DNA of 64,000 nucleotides from Leptospira sp. (lineage in GTDB: Bacteria; Spirochaetota; Leptospiria; Leptospirales; Leptospiraceae), in the NCBI GenBank assembly GCA_034439575.1, contig JAWXAQ010000036.1:32001-96000 (forward strand), read 5' to 3'. The stretch's first letter is position 1; every line of letters begins with the position of its first letter. Shown in pieces: positions 51,900-62,056 of the stretch. The notes beneath the pieces were generated by a model. That model ran no database searches. It was not told the origin of the DNA and saw only the letters and a list, made by a program, of their open reading frames with translations. A program made the translations under genes and the position numbers.

Positions 51900-52601
51900 A
51901 TGCTTTCAAAATCGCAGGCTAGAGCATTTTTCCTAGGTGGAACGATACTATTTAGTGTCATTTTTCTAGCACTCACTGTTGATACCGTCCGACAAACAGC
52001 TGCAAGAACAAATGCAGTCAACCTAACGGAATCAGTGGTGAGAGGTAAGGAAATTTGGGAAAAGAACAATTGTATGGGTTGCCATACAATCATGGGTGAA
52101 GGTGCATATTATGCGCCTGATTTAACTAAAGTTGTGGAACGTCGCGGTGACGCTTGGATTCGTGTGTTTTTAGACGATCCAGAAGCAATGTTTCCTGGCG
52201 AAAGGAAGATGGTTAAATATAAATTCTCCGATGCAGAAAAGACAGACCTGATCGGATTTTTGGATTGGGTGGGAAAAATTGATTTAAATGGTTGGCCACC
52301 TAAACCAAACATTAAGCCCATTTTAAATACAGAAAACAAAAATGTATCCGTCAATACTCAATCAAATATAGCAGTGCCTGAAAAGTTTAGCCAATTATGC
52401 GTCGCCTGCCATGCGATTGGTGGACAAGGTGGAGTCGTCGGCCCAGCTCTAGATAAAGTTGGTAATAAGTTTAATGCAGAGTATTTAGACCGTTGGTTGA
52501 AAGATCCTCAGAGCGTAAAAGCAGGTACAGCTATGCCTAAACTTCCGTTAACTGATACTGAAAGGAAAGATATAGTAAGTTATCTTTCTACATTAAAATA
52601 G
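51900..52601 (+). CDS. norC: Nitric-oxide reductase cytochrome c subunit with a second C-terminal c-haem domain
   Basis: LSKSQAR.FFLGGT, WEKNNCMGCHT.MGEGAYYAPDLT (NorC), then CVACH...GP.L...AMP. Confidence 0.9.
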   Translation: MLSKSQARAFFLGGTILFSVIFLALTVDTVRQTAARTNAVNLTESVVRGKEIWEKNNCMGCHTIMGEGAYYAPDLTKVVERRGDAWIRVFLDDPEAMFPGERKMVKYKFSDAEKTDLIGFLDWVGKIDLNGWPPKPNIKPILNTENKNVSVNTQSNIAVPEKFSQLCVACHAIGGQGGVVGPALDKVGNKFNAEYLDRWLKDPQSVKAGTAMPKLPLTDTERKDIVSYLSTLK

Positions 52602-52611
52602 GAGGGCAAAA

Positions 52612-53961
52612 ATGAAATTTAAATCACAGAAAATTGCGTTTTGGTTTTTTGCAGTCTGTATGTTGCTCTTAACTTTGCAAATTGTTTACGGTTTTATTAT
52701 GGGATTTGCAAGAATCGGAATGGATGGACTACATGAGTACATTCCTTTCAATGTTGCTAGAACCACTCATACAAATTTACTCGTTGTTTGGTTGCTAACA
52801 GGATTTATGGGAGCCGCCTATTATATCATACCAGAAGAATCTGATACAGAACTCTATAGTGTTAAACTCGCTTGGATACAATTGATTTCATGGGTTGTAG
52901 TCGGTGTAGTTGCAATTATTGGATTTCACTTTGGATGGTGGGAAGGGAGAAAGTTTTTAGAAATCCCTAGACCGCTTGATTACCTAGTAGTAGTAAATGT
53001 GCTTACATTCTTATTTAACATTGGTATGACGATTTGGAATGCTAAAAAAAGAAGTACCACTCAATTAGTTTTGTATTTCGGTTTGTTTTCTGCCGCCTTA
53101 CTTTATTTACCTGGAATGTTATATTTCGACAACCAAACAATGGATTCATATTTTCGTTGGTGGGTTGTTCATCTTTGGGTTGAGGGTGTATGGGAACTCA
53201 TTATGGGTGGTATCTTATCTTTCTTGTTAATTAAGTTAACAGGTGTTGATAGAGAGATCATTGAAAAATGGTTATATGTTGTTGTAGGACTTACTTTTCT
53301 TTCTGGAATCTTGGGAACAGGTCACCATTACTATTGGATCGGTACTCCAAAATACTGGCTTTTGATCGGTGGATTATTTTCTGCCTTAGAACCGCTCGCA
53401 TTTTTAGCAATGGCTATATGGGCATTAAATATGTATCGAAAAAAAGGAAAAGATCATCCAAACAAAATTGCTCTATATTGGACTCTTGGTAGTGCTATCA
53501 TGTCTTTTATCGGAGCGGGATTTCTTGGATTTGCTCATACTTGGCCGCAAGTAAATCAATGGACTCATGGTACATTGATTACTGCGATGCATGGACATTT
53601 GGCTTTTTGGGGAGCCTACGCCATGTTAGTGTTAGCTGTAATCGCTTATGCATTGCCAAATTTGACAGGGCGTAAGTTGTTTAATGGAATGAATGGATAT
53701 ATTGCATTTTGGGCATCCAATGTGGGTATGTTAGGAATGACTGGCGCACTCGCAGTAGCTGGGATCACACAAGTTTATCTAGAGAGGAAGCTCGGTATGG
53801 ATTTTTTAACGGTACAGAAGGAAGTAGAATTTCACTTCATTGGAATGCTTCTTGCTGCATCATTATTTTCATTTGGTATCGGACTCTATATTTATGATTT
53901 CCTTAGACATGGATTTCCAAATGATGAAGCCGTAGGAACAAATTCGGATGATCTCAATTAA
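52612..53961 (+). CDS. norB: Nitric-oxide reductase catalytic subunit (cNOR)
   Basis: HTNLL.VW, EGRKFLE, WWVVHLWVEGVWE, GTGHHYY, LEP, HGH.AF.GAY. Confidence 0.95.
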   Translation: MKFKSQKIAFWFFAVCMLLLTLQIVYGFIMGFARIGMDGLHEYIPFNVARTTHTNLLVVWLLTGFMGAAYYIIPEESDTELYSVKLAWIQLISWVVVGVVAIIGFHFGWWEGRKFLEIPRPLDYLVVVNVLTFLFNIGMTIWNAKKRSTTQLVLYFGLFSAALLYLPGMLYFDNQTMDSYFRWWVVHLWVEGVWELIMGGILSFLLIKLTGVDREIIEKWLYVVVGLTFLSGILGTGHHYYWIGTPKYWLLIGGLFSALEPLAFLAMAIWALNMYRKKGKDHPNKIALYWTLGSAIMSFIGAGFLGFAHTWPQVNQWTHGTLITAMHGHLAFWGAYAMLVLAVIAYALPNLTGRKLFNGMNGYIAFWASNVGMLGMTGALAVAGITQVYLERKLGMDFLTVQKEVEFHFIGMLLAASLFSFGIGLYIYDFLRHGFPNDEAVGTNSDDLN

Positions 53962-53970
53962 GGAAAATCT

Positions 53971-54759
53971 ATGATTCAAAAATTGGATACTCAACCGTTT
54001 TATCAAATTATTTCGAAAGAGGTTGAAGTGTTTCAAATGGCGGCAGAACAAAAACTGCCGCTTCTTTTAAAGGGACCTACAGGTACTGGTAAGTCCCGTT
54101 TTTTAGAGTATGTAGCCCACCTAATGAATCGTCGTTTAATTACAATTTTATGTAATGATGAAACTTCTGCAATTGATCTAGTGGGGCGTTATATTGTAAA
54201 GGGTGCCGATACTGTATGGTTAGACGGTCCATTGACAGTTGGTGTTAAGGAAGGTGCAATTGTGTATTTGGATGAAATTGCGGAAGCAAGGCCAGATACG
54301 ATTGTGGCGATTCATTCACTCACTGACCATAGGAGGACTTTGTTTATGGAACGAAAAAATGAAGAAATCAAAGCTCACCCCGATTTTTTGTTAGTCGCTT
54401 CGTTTAATCCTGGTTATCAAAAAGGTTTTAAAGAACTTAAACCCTCTACAAGGCAAAGATTTATTTCTTTGGATTTTGAATACCCAAGCCAAGATTTAGA
54501 AGAAAAAATCATCGTAGGGGAAACACAAATAGATTCAAAAATTGCGAATAAACTCGTAAAATTTGCCAATTTAATTAGAAACAAACAAGAATTAGGATTA
54601 GCTGAAACTATTTCTACACGTCTTCTTGTTTCTTGTTCCCTATTAATAAAAAGTGGTCTGCCAATTCGTTTAGCTGGGAGAACAGCTATCATATTACCTT
54701 TGTCAGATGATAAGGATACAGTGGACGCCCTTCAAGATTGTTTCAATTTGATATTTTAG
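53971..54759 (+). CDS. norQ: MoxR-type AAA+ ATPase (CbbQ/NirQ/NorQ)
   Basis: LKGPTGTGKSRF, DL.GRY, YLDEI.EAR.DT, FNPGYQ...KELKPSTRQRF. Confidence 0.93.
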   Translation: MIQKLDTQPFYQIISKEVEVFQMAAEQKLPLLLKGPTGTGKSRFLEYVAHLMNRRLITILCNDETSAIDLVGRYIVKGADTVWLDGPLTVGVKEGAIVYLDEIAEARPDTIVAIHSLTDHRRTLFMERKNEEIKAHPDFLLVASFNPGYQKGFKELKPSTRQRFISLDFEYPSQDLEEKIIVGETQIDSKIANKLVKFANLIRNKQELGLAETISTRLLVSCSLLIKSGLPIRLAGRTAIILPLSDDKDTVDALQDCFNLIF

Positions 54760-54763
54760 ATTT

Positions 54764-56488
54764 ATGGAATGGGATCAGCTTTTATTTTATAAGGGACTTC
54801 AGACTTATAAAAAATTAAAAAAAGTATTAAAACCAAAATCACCATTCTATGAATATAAAATTTTAGAGAATGAAAAATACCTTCTGAAATTAGCATTTTT
54901 AATCATTGGTAAGGAAATAAAAATTAGATTGGGAGATGGGCCAATTAGTTTAAATTCCAATCATCTAAATTTTCCGGAATCTATTTCTGTATTTGAAACA
55001 AAAGAGAGAAGTTTAAATTATATTAAAATGCTTTTGACTTATATTTTTCTCTGTCAAAAAGAAAAAATGACTCTCAACTTTCTATCAGCTAATGCGTATT
55101 ATAAAATTCTTAGAAAGTATGAAGGATTTAGAAAAGATTTAAAGTCAATTCATAAAGAAGTAAAACATTTCAAATATAAACATCCAAAACAAATTGCTAT
55201 ATGGACAAAGCGCATTTCAGAAACTACAATTTCCAATGAAACCTCGTTTTCTTTGAGCTCAAATTTTAAAGTGTCTCAACCAACACCAAGCTCCATACAA
55301 AAACCAAAGTCTGAGTTTAAGTTAAAGTTTGATTTAGACGAAGCAGAGTTATTGGAAATTGACCGTAAAAAAATCGAAGAATATACATTGGGTCATAATT
55401 TTGAAAAAATAGAAACTGTGGAAGAGTTTGATGGACAATGGCGTGATTTGGATGGTTCCGATAATGCTGAAGAAGAGAGTGAAGCCCTCAGTGAATTGAA
55501 TTTAAAATATATCATTCGAAGTGAAGATTCTGTTCATACAACAGTTAGTACTGACTCAGGTTCTGGAACTACTTTAGAAGTGAAAGAAGAGACTCAGCAA
55601 ACAAGTAATTATAGTTATCACGAATGGGATTTTAAAGCACGAGCATATAAAGAAAATTATTGTTTTGTACAAGAAGAAAACTTTCAAGAGACTAAGTTAA
55701 ATTATGCGATAAATGTGATTACAAAAAATAAACAAAGTTTTATGTTATTGAGACAAAAATTATTTTCACTTGTCCAAGAAAGAATTATTAAAAAAAAATT
55801 ACCGACTGGTGACTCAGTCGATTTAGATGCCATGGTAGATCGTTATGCGGACTTAGTTGCTAAGATTACTCCTAGTGAATTAGTTTACACTCGTAATACG
55901 AAAGAAATATCAAATCTAACTTTATATTTCTTATTAGATTTGAGTTTATCCACGGATTCCTGGATCCATGGAAGACGAATCCTGGATGTTGAAAGAGAAT
56001 CGCTTCTCTTGTTTGCTGAAGCATTAAATTCTTTAGATATACCTTTTGAAATTGGCGCTTTTTATTCACGAACGCGTAATCAATGTAAGTTTATGAGGAT
56101 AAAAAGGGATAAGGATACTTGGTTAAATACTAGAGATAAACTCGGTGCTTTAGAACCTACTGGTTATACACGAATTGGCCCCGCCCTTCGCCATGCAGGT
56201 GTTTTGTTAGAAAAATCAAAGACGAGGCAGAAGTGGATCATTCTTTTAACCGATGCGAATCCGAATGACTATGATCGATATGAAGGGAAGTATGGAACGG
56301 AAGATGTCAATCAAGCTGTTAAAGAGCTGAAAAACAAAGGAATTTTTGTACATACTTTAGCGATTGGTAAAGATGAAAAACCAGTAATTCCTAAAATGAT
56401 GAGAGAGGCAAGTTTCCAAATGTTGTCAGATCCAATTGGCATTTCTAATTCTCTCCAAAGTTTTTTTGCAAAAGCATTGAAAGTTTGA
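54764..56488 (+). CDS. norD: NOR activation protein, vWA domain
   Basis: Y.EWD......Y, DLDA.VD, DLSLSTD (MIDAS), GYTRIGPALRHA, LTDA.PND.D.YEG.YG.ED. Confidence 0.9.
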   Translation: MEWDQLLFYKGLQTYKKLKKVLKPKSPFYEYKILENEKYLLKLAFLIIGKEIKIRLGDGPISLNSNHLNFPESISVFETKERSLNYIKMLLTYIFLCQKEKMTLNFLSANAYYKILRKYEGFRKDLKSIHKEVKHFKYKHPKQIAIWTKRISETTISNETSFSLSSNFKVSQPTPSSIQKPKSEFKLKFDLDEAELLEIDRKKIEEYTLGHNFEKIETVEEFDGQWRDLDGSDNAEEESEALSELNLKYIIRSEDSVHTTVSTDSGSGTTLEVKEETQQTSNYSYHEWDFKARAYKENYCFVQEENFQETKLNYAINVITKNKQSFMLLRQKLFSLVQERIIKKKLPTGDSVDLDAMVDRYADLVAKITPSELVYTRNTKEISNLTLYFLLDLSLSTDSWIHGRRILDVERESLLLFAEALNSLDIPFEIGAFYSRTRNQCKFMRIKRDKDTWLNTRDKLGALEPTGYTRIGPALRHAGVLLEKSKTRQKWIILLTDANPNDYDRYEGKYGTEDVNQAVKELKNKGIFVHTLAIGKDEKPVIPKMMREASFQMLSDPIGISNSLQSFFAKALKV

Positions 56489-56594
56489 TCTGTATCCATT
56501 CAAAAATCGAAATTTTATTCACTTGCATACCATATAGATTCAAAAAAGTTTTAATTATCAATTAGAACCTTTTTATTTTACTGGAGTCCCTTGG

Positions 56595-57308
56595 ATGTTT
56601 CGAACCCTATCATTTTATATATTTTTTTTCACACGCGGATTGTTTAGCTTTATAGCAAGATGGAAAGCACGAAGAGTCAATTTACCAAATGTAGAAGAGT
56701 CCGATTGGGCTAAAAATACAGTTCCGCGCAGCTGGTCTAAAACCTTACTTTGGATAGTTGGTGCCAATGTTTCCATTTCAAAAGAGACTGATTTGCCAAG
56801 CGGTCCCGTACTCTTTGTTTCGAATCACGAGGGTAATTTTGATATCCCAACTTTAATTTCTTCACTTCCAAAACCATTTGGATTTATTTCAAAAATAGAG
56901 GTTTTAAAAATTCCCGTCGTCGGCTCATGGATGAAAATAATGAATTGTGTGTTTCTCGATCGGACAAATCGAAACGATTCCACAAAAGCTATGGCAACAG
57001 GTGTTTCCGTTTTGAAGGAAGGTCATTCATTATTAATTTTTCCAGAAGGAACTCGTAGTAAAGGTGGTGCTATGCGATCATTCAAAGCTGGAAGTTTTCG
57101 TTTGGCGATGGATGCAGGTGTACCAATTGTCCCGATCGCGATTAAAGGTACTTCAAATATTATGGAAAAAAATAATTCCATCATGAAACCAGCCGATGTA
57201 AAAGTGAAAATACTTTCAGCTATTCCCTTCAGTGAATTTGAAAAATTATCGAGTAAAGAAATTGCAGAAAGGGTAGAGAACCAAATAAAAAATGCTTTAA
57301 TTACTTAA
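56595..57308 (+). CDS. plsC: 1-acyl-sn-glycerol-3-phosphate acyltransferase
   Basis: NHEGNFD (HX4D), FLDR, FPEGTRS, FK.G.F. Confidence 0.88.
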   Translation: MFRTLSFYIFFFTRGLFSFIARWKARRVNLPNVEESDWAKNTVPRSWSKTLLWIVGANVSISKETDLPSGPVLFVSNHEGNFDIPTLISSLPKPFGFISKIEVLKIPVVGSWMKIMNCVFLDRTNRNDSTKAMATGVSVLKEGHSLLIFPEGTRSKGGAMRSFKAGSFRLAMDAGVPIVPIAIKGTSNIMEKNNSIMKPADVKVKILSAIPFSEFEKLSSKEIAERVENQIKNALIT

Positions 57309-57312
57309 ACAT

Positions 57313-58080
57313 TTAATTAAATAGCATGTGATCCAATTCCTTTTTTTTATTTATCATTAGATTCTCAGCTGTATGAAGATAGGAATCAAAATCTTGATGA
57401 TCATTTGATTTTATCGTTCCGCAATAATGAAATAATATTTTTTTATTATGATTTGGTTGAATGAATTTTGGATCAGATGAAAAACTCATCATTCCGCTAA
57501 CTACAAATACATCTAAATCAATATTATATTTATAAGCAATTTTCATCACACCAGTTTCAAAAGGTTGAATGTCTTCTGTGAATGTGCGGCGACCTTCAGG
57601 ATATAAAAATATAGATCTTCTATTCAAAACATCTAATACATTCTTTTTAAAGTTTCTAAAATCTGGTTTTATTTCTGAATAAATAACTGCCTCCACAATC
57701 CTTGAATGCATCATAAGTGGAATGATTTTATATCTTTGAATTATATCACCTCCAAGGTATGATAAGTTCACATCTTTTGACTTAGACAAATAGGGCAATG
57801 AAACGATCAAAGGAACTTCCAATGAGTTCGTATGATTACAAATCAAAAATCTTTTTTTGTTTTCCGGTTTCCAATCACCAAGATCGAATTCTAATTTTCG
57901 GCCAGTTAAAAATAAAAATACCCTTAACCAAAGATAGGCTAAATAATTATTTATCCGATTAGAAGCTTGGTCATGTTTGGTGATCTTAAGAAAGTAAGAA
58001 AGAGTAAGACCAATGGGAAAGTGTGGTAAGATTACTGGAATAAAGTAACAAAGCACAACATACAAAGAGAGTTTAGACAT
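57313..58080 (-). CDS. PlsC-superfamily acyltransferase (HX4E variant)
   Basis: CNHTNSLE, YPEGRRT, FETG. Probable start MSKL at 58080. Confidence 0.78.
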   Translation of the reverse strand: MSKLSLYVVLCYFIPVILPHFPIGLTLSYFLKITKHDQASNRINNYLAYLWLRVFLFLTGRKLEFDLGDWKPENKKRFLICNHTNSLEVPLIVSLPYLSKSKDVNLSYLGGDIIQRYKIIPLMMHSRIVEAVIYSEIKPDFRNFKKNVLDVLNRRSIFLYPEGRRTFTEDIQPFETGVMKIAYKYNIDLDVFVVSGMMSFSSDPKFIQPNHNKKILFHYCGTIKSNDHQDFDSYLHTAENLMINKKKELDHMLFN

Positions 58081-58349
58081 AGTTTTACCTTTCAAAAGAT
58101 AAGACTATCAAAGGAGTAAACAGGAATAATGCAATCCTTTTGGGATAAGATTTCATTATCATAAGAATCGATTTTAATTTGTATAAATAATTTATATCAT
58201 AAAAATAAAATATTCTTAACTAGATAAACATTACATAGAAGATATTACAATTCAATCAAATAATTATTCAATCTAACGGTGATAGATATTGGCAAATTGA
58301 TTATCAATAGGATTTAAATAGTTTATAGATTGAAAGTTCAACTTTAAAT

Positions 58350-59204
58350 TTAACTTAAAAATTCTAAAATCTTTCCAACAACTAACTGTGATCTTAAGAT
58401 CAATCGGTGACCCAATCCTTCAGTTTCAAAAAGTTCCGATTTTTTCCAAGCCTTTGCAACGGCCCGTCCTAAATCAATAGGAATTTCGATATCATTTTTA
58501 TCATGAATCACTAACAACTGATTGTTAAATTTTTTTCCAGCATATTCTAAATCAATACTACTAAGTGGTCGTTTGACTTTTCTTTCGATGATGGATCTCA
58601 TATAATCACCTTCGATAGAACTTAAATTGAATTCTTTACAAAAGTTTTCTCTAAGTATTTCTAATTTGAGTGGTGGGGCAATATATACTAATTTCTCTGC
58701 AGTAACACCTAATTCTTGTGCAACGGTTGAGACTGCGCCTCCAAATGAATGAGAAATAATTATTTCTGGATTCCCAACGATGGATACTAGTTGTCGTATC
58801 GATTTTGCGGATATTACAATATTTGAATATCTTCCATTAGAATTTCCATGACCTGGTAAATCTATACCAAAGACATCATAGCCTTTAGCAACGAGTTCAG
58901 GGATAATTTTAAAAAAATTGCCAGTATTTCCATTCCAACCGTGAACAAGTAGAATTTTTTGACCATTTCCTTTCCAATGATAATACTGGATGTTTTGATT
59001 TTCAAAATGAAATATATCTTCCTCAGCGATAGATAAAATTTGAATTTCTTTTCTTGATAATTCTTGTTTTTGCGTACTGAGGAAAATGCTACTCGTTACA
59101 TAACCAATAAACTCGGGATGTTTTTTAGCAAATTCCAACTTTTGGTTGATTCCGTGAATTTTCCCTCTGCGATAAGGACGAACGATCGTGCTATTATTTT
59201 CCAT
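58350..59204 (-). CDS. Alpha/beta hydrolase
   Basis: LVHGW, DLPGHG.S, SHSFGG, HDKND, GLGH. Confidence 0.9.
   Translation of the reverse strand: MENNSTIVRPYRRGKIHGINQKLEFAKKHPEFIGYVTSSIFLSTQKQELSRKEIQILSIAEEDIFHFENQNIQYYHWKGNGQKILLVHGWNGNTGNFFKIIPELVAKGYDVFGIDLPGHGNSNGRYSNIVISAKSIRQLVSIVGNPEIIISHSFGGAVSTVAQELGVTAEKLVYIAPPLKLEILRENFCKEFNLSSIEGDYMRSIIERKVKRPLSSIDLEYAGKKFNNQLLVIHDKNDIEIPIDLGRAVAKAWKKSELFETEGLGHRLILRSQLVVGKILEFLS
59178..59193. promoter_or_regulatory. Putative TetR operator inside the hydrolase 5' coding region
   Basis: Minus strand TAGCACGATCGTTCGT matches the site at 59869-59884 at 14 of 16 positions. Confidence 0.65.
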
Positions 59205-59272
59205 GTTTTTATCCTATAATCTTAATTAATCTAACAATTTATGTTGCATTTAATGATTTAATTTGCTACTTA

Positions 59273-59863
59273 TCAAATTTGAATCTTTGTAATCATTTCA
59301 TTTAAGGTAGATTTGGCTCTAACTTTTGCCTTCGGGTCTTTTAGTAATCGATTATAAAAATGGAAACCTAAAATAATGCCCCAAATTTCTTGTATGATTT
59401 GATTTAAATCCGCTTTTTGGCTTATTTCTTTTTTTTCGACAGCTTCTAAAAAGAATTTTTTTAATGTTTGTTGCCATTCTAACTGCGATTTTACGAGAAA
59501 ATCTCTAACTATACCTGGTTTATCATCATATTCTAAGCTTGATGAAAGAAAAATACATCCACCTGGTAACTCAGCTTTGGTGGACCAATTTAACCATGAA
59601 TTAACTGCCGTGATAATCCTTTCAATTCCGGGTTTGGTTTTTAGTGATGGGTAAATAACGTTTCGCCTGAATAATTCAATACCTGATTTTAAAACATCAA
59701 TTTGTAAATTTTCTTTAGATTGGAATTTGGCAAATAGTCCGCTTTTGGACATCTGCAATTCAGTAGCAAGGGTTCCAATGGTTAATCCATCTAATCCATG
59801 CACACTGGCAATTTTTAAAGCTGAATCTAAAATGAGGGATTTTGTATCTTCGCCTTTTCCCAT
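59273..59863 (-). CDS. TetR/AcrR-family regulator
   Basis: GLDGLTIG.LA....MSKSGLFA.F.SKE.LQ, GGC.F, EYDD.PG. Confidence 0.92.
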   Translation of the reverse strand: MGKGEDTKSLILDSALKIASVHGLDGLTIGTLATELQMSKSGLFAKFQSKENLQIDVLKSGIELFRRNVIYPSLKTKPGIERIITAVNSWLNWSTKAELPGGCIFLSSSLEYDDKPGIVRDFLVKSQLEWQQTLKKFFLEAVEKKEISQKADLNQIIQEIWGIILGFHFYNRLLKDPKAKVRAKSTLNEMITKIQI

Positions 59864-59868
59864 AAATA

Positions 59869-59884
59869 TAGTACGACCGTTCGT
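59869..59884. promoter_or_regulatory. Putative TetR autoregulatory operator
   Basis: Plus strand TAGTACGACCGTTCGT, between a minus-strand TTGACA (59893-59898) and the ATG at 59863. Confidence 0.65.
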
Positions 59885-59965
59885 TTAAAATTTGTCAACT
59901 ATTTTTGAAAAAAAATCAAACCTTAGTTTAGAAATAGTAATAAAACTTGAAATTTAGTTTATTAA

Positions 59966-61456
59966 TTAGGGAAGAATGGCTATTGTATTGCAAATTGAAT
60001 CAATATCATAATTCAATTTTGATTTTAAGCAGGAATTCCAAGAGATTTTTGACAATTCTGATTCAGGTTTTGAAATTAAATAGTATAAATAATTAGAATC
60101 TGGATTTGAAATTAAATTAAATTTTACTTCACTTGAATTAACGCATTTATTGCTCCAATCAATAGTTAAGAAAGTTTTTTCACAAACAAAACCCAGAATT
60201 GTTTCTGACGAAACTAACCCGTCTGTTCTGGAAGTTCTATAACTTATATGCCAAGGATAAGGATTGATCGGAATATAGTAGTGAGTATCATTTAGAAGTT
60301 TATGATATTGATTCCAATCAGAATGAGAAAGTGATTTTTCTGATTCAAATTCCTTATCTTTACCTAAACTATAAAGCAAACAATTTGCAAAAAAATAAAT
60401 GATTAGAATATATAATTGATACTTTTTCAAATTTAAAGGTAGAAATCGAATGATCAATAGAATCACAGAACTAAATAACATAAAGTTCATACGATTAAAT
60501 ATAACGAATGTTTCTCGATTTCTTAAAATATTTGCATTTGGCATTGATAATTCGACTAATATGATACTTCCGATGGATAAGTATAACAAAAGGACTGGGG
60601 AAAAAAGAAATTTAAATAAATTACTTAGTTTTAGTTTGTGAATGAAAAAAATCGGAAATAGGATGAATAAAATTCCTATGTCAAAGAATAATATTTTTTT
60701 TAGATTTAAATAAATATATTCCATCGAGTATAGAAGTATTTTAAAATTGCTAAGATATGATTTAATGTGATTCAACTCAGGATGATTTGCCTTATAATTT
60801 AACATGACTAGAAGTTCAGTAAAATTGAAAGTAAATAGAATCATGAGAACGAATAATAGTTTTAAATTCTTTTTCAAAATAGAATAAAGAATTAAGAAAC
60901 TAATTATAGGTAAAAATAGAATCATCGTTCCTTTAGAACAAAGAAAAATGCCAATAAGGAAAGATATAAAAATATCTTTGGTAGTAACCAATGTTTGAGT
61001 AACTCTAACTAAAAATAATATAATTATCGGTATACTAAAGTATATAAAATTTGTATAAGTTCTAATTTCATAATTTGGTAATAATCCAAATAAAATTGAA
61101 AATAGAAAAATCACATTTTTGTTTCCGTAAGTTAGGCGAAAATAATTCAAATTCCATAGGGAACAAAAGAATGAAACAAAAAAAATAGCGCAAAATTGTG
61201 AAGCAAAATTATAGTATTTAACAATACCTAAAATTTTTACTATAACAAAAGCCAATAAACGTGGAAATAAAGGAATATAACTAAAATCAAGTTTGGTGAT
61301 ATTTGCCCAAATTCCTTCATAAAATGCCGTAGTAAAATAATTATTGCCAGCTTCTGCCCAAATCTCCGCTCTATAAGATAAAGAAGGATATGAAAAAATA
61401 TTATGTAAAAATATTATTACGAAGGCAAAGATAAAATGAGAATTGATTCTATGCAT
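59966..61456 (-). CDS. Polytopic membrane protein, putative GT-C / GtrII-like sugar transferase
   Basis: AEIWAEAG, Y.PLFPRL, PINPYPW; about 10 TM helices; very AT-rich. Probable start ATG 61456. Confidence 0.65.
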   Translation of the reverse strand: MHRINSHFIFAFVIIFLHNIFSYPSLSYRAEIWAEAGNNYFTTAFYEGIWANITKLDFSYIPLFPRLLAFVIVKILGIVKYYNFASQFCAIFFVSFFCSLWNLNYFRLTYGNKNVIFLFSILFGLLPNYEIRTYTNFIYFSIPIIILFLVRVTQTLVTTKDIFISFLIGIFLCSKGTMILFLPIISFLILYSILKKNLKLLFVLMILFTFNFTELLVMLNYKANHPELNHIKSYLSNFKILLYSMEYIYLNLKKILFFDIGILFILFPIFFIHKLKLSNLFKFLFSPVLLLYLSIGSIILVELSMPNANILRNRETFVIFNRMNFMLFSSVILLIIRFLPLNLKKYQLYILIIYFFANCLLYSLGKDKEFESEKSLSHSDWNQYHKLLNDTHYYIPINPYPWHISYRTSRTDGLVSSETILGFVCEKTFLTIDWSNKCVNSSEVKFNLISNPDSNYLYYLISKPESELSKISWNSCLKSKLNYDIDSICNTIAILP

Positions 61457-62051
61457 CTGATTCGCCTTTCCAAATCGGTATATTTGATAATTTAGTACAA
61501 ATTGCGTCGAAGATGATATTTTCATTTATTATAATGTTCTTAAATAGTTCGATATCTTCTTTTCTGCCTTGTAATTCGGGAGAGACAAGGCACAATTTAA
61601 AGCCATTAGATTTTAATATATTATAAGTTTTATTATCTAAAGGAAATTTAGTAAAACAATCTACCCATACCCAGTCAATTTTCCCACTTAAACTTAAAAC
61701 AGTTTCGATAGTTTCAAATTCAGAAAACCTGACTGCGATATTTTTTTCCAATTGATTTGAAAGTTGAATAATCATCGGAAAGGAAGAATCCAGAAAAAAA
61801 TATTTATGAATATTGAATTTGGATAATAGCTCTTTGACGCGGTTTTCAATTCGTTCTGATTTAACATTGCATATCATCAGTTCGTGATTGTATGATTTCA
61901 AATACTCTTCAAAGTTAGTTCCAGCTTTAAATGGATCATGTTGGATGATTATTTGATTACCATTATCACGTAAATCAAGTTCGACTCCGAATTCAAGAGG
62001 AACTGATTTTAATTCTTCAATTGTATTGATTCTGTGAGCAATATAAAGCAT
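61449..62051 (-). CDS. PLC-like/GDPD-fold phosphodiesterase
   Basis: IAHRIN, GVELDLRD, HDPF, NVK, FFLDSSFP, RFSEFE, WVWVDCF, LVSPELQ, AICTK. Confidence 0.75.
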   Translation of the reverse strand: MLYIAHRINTIEELKSVPLEFGVELDLRDNGNQIIIQHDPFKAGTNFEEYLKSYNHELMICNVKSERIENRVKELLSKFNIHKYFFLDSSFPMIIQLSNQLEKNIAVRFSEFETIETVLSLSGKIDWVWVDCFTKFPLDNKTYNILKSNGFKLCLVSPELQGRKEDIELFKNIIINENIIFDAICTKLSNIPIWKGESDA

Positions 62052-62056
62052 TGTTT

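Noticed and set aside
58096-58349. Long AT-rich intergenic gap as a possible ncRNA or repeat locus
   Set aside because: I saw no stable stem, repeat or ORF; consistent with an ordinary promoter/terminator spacer.
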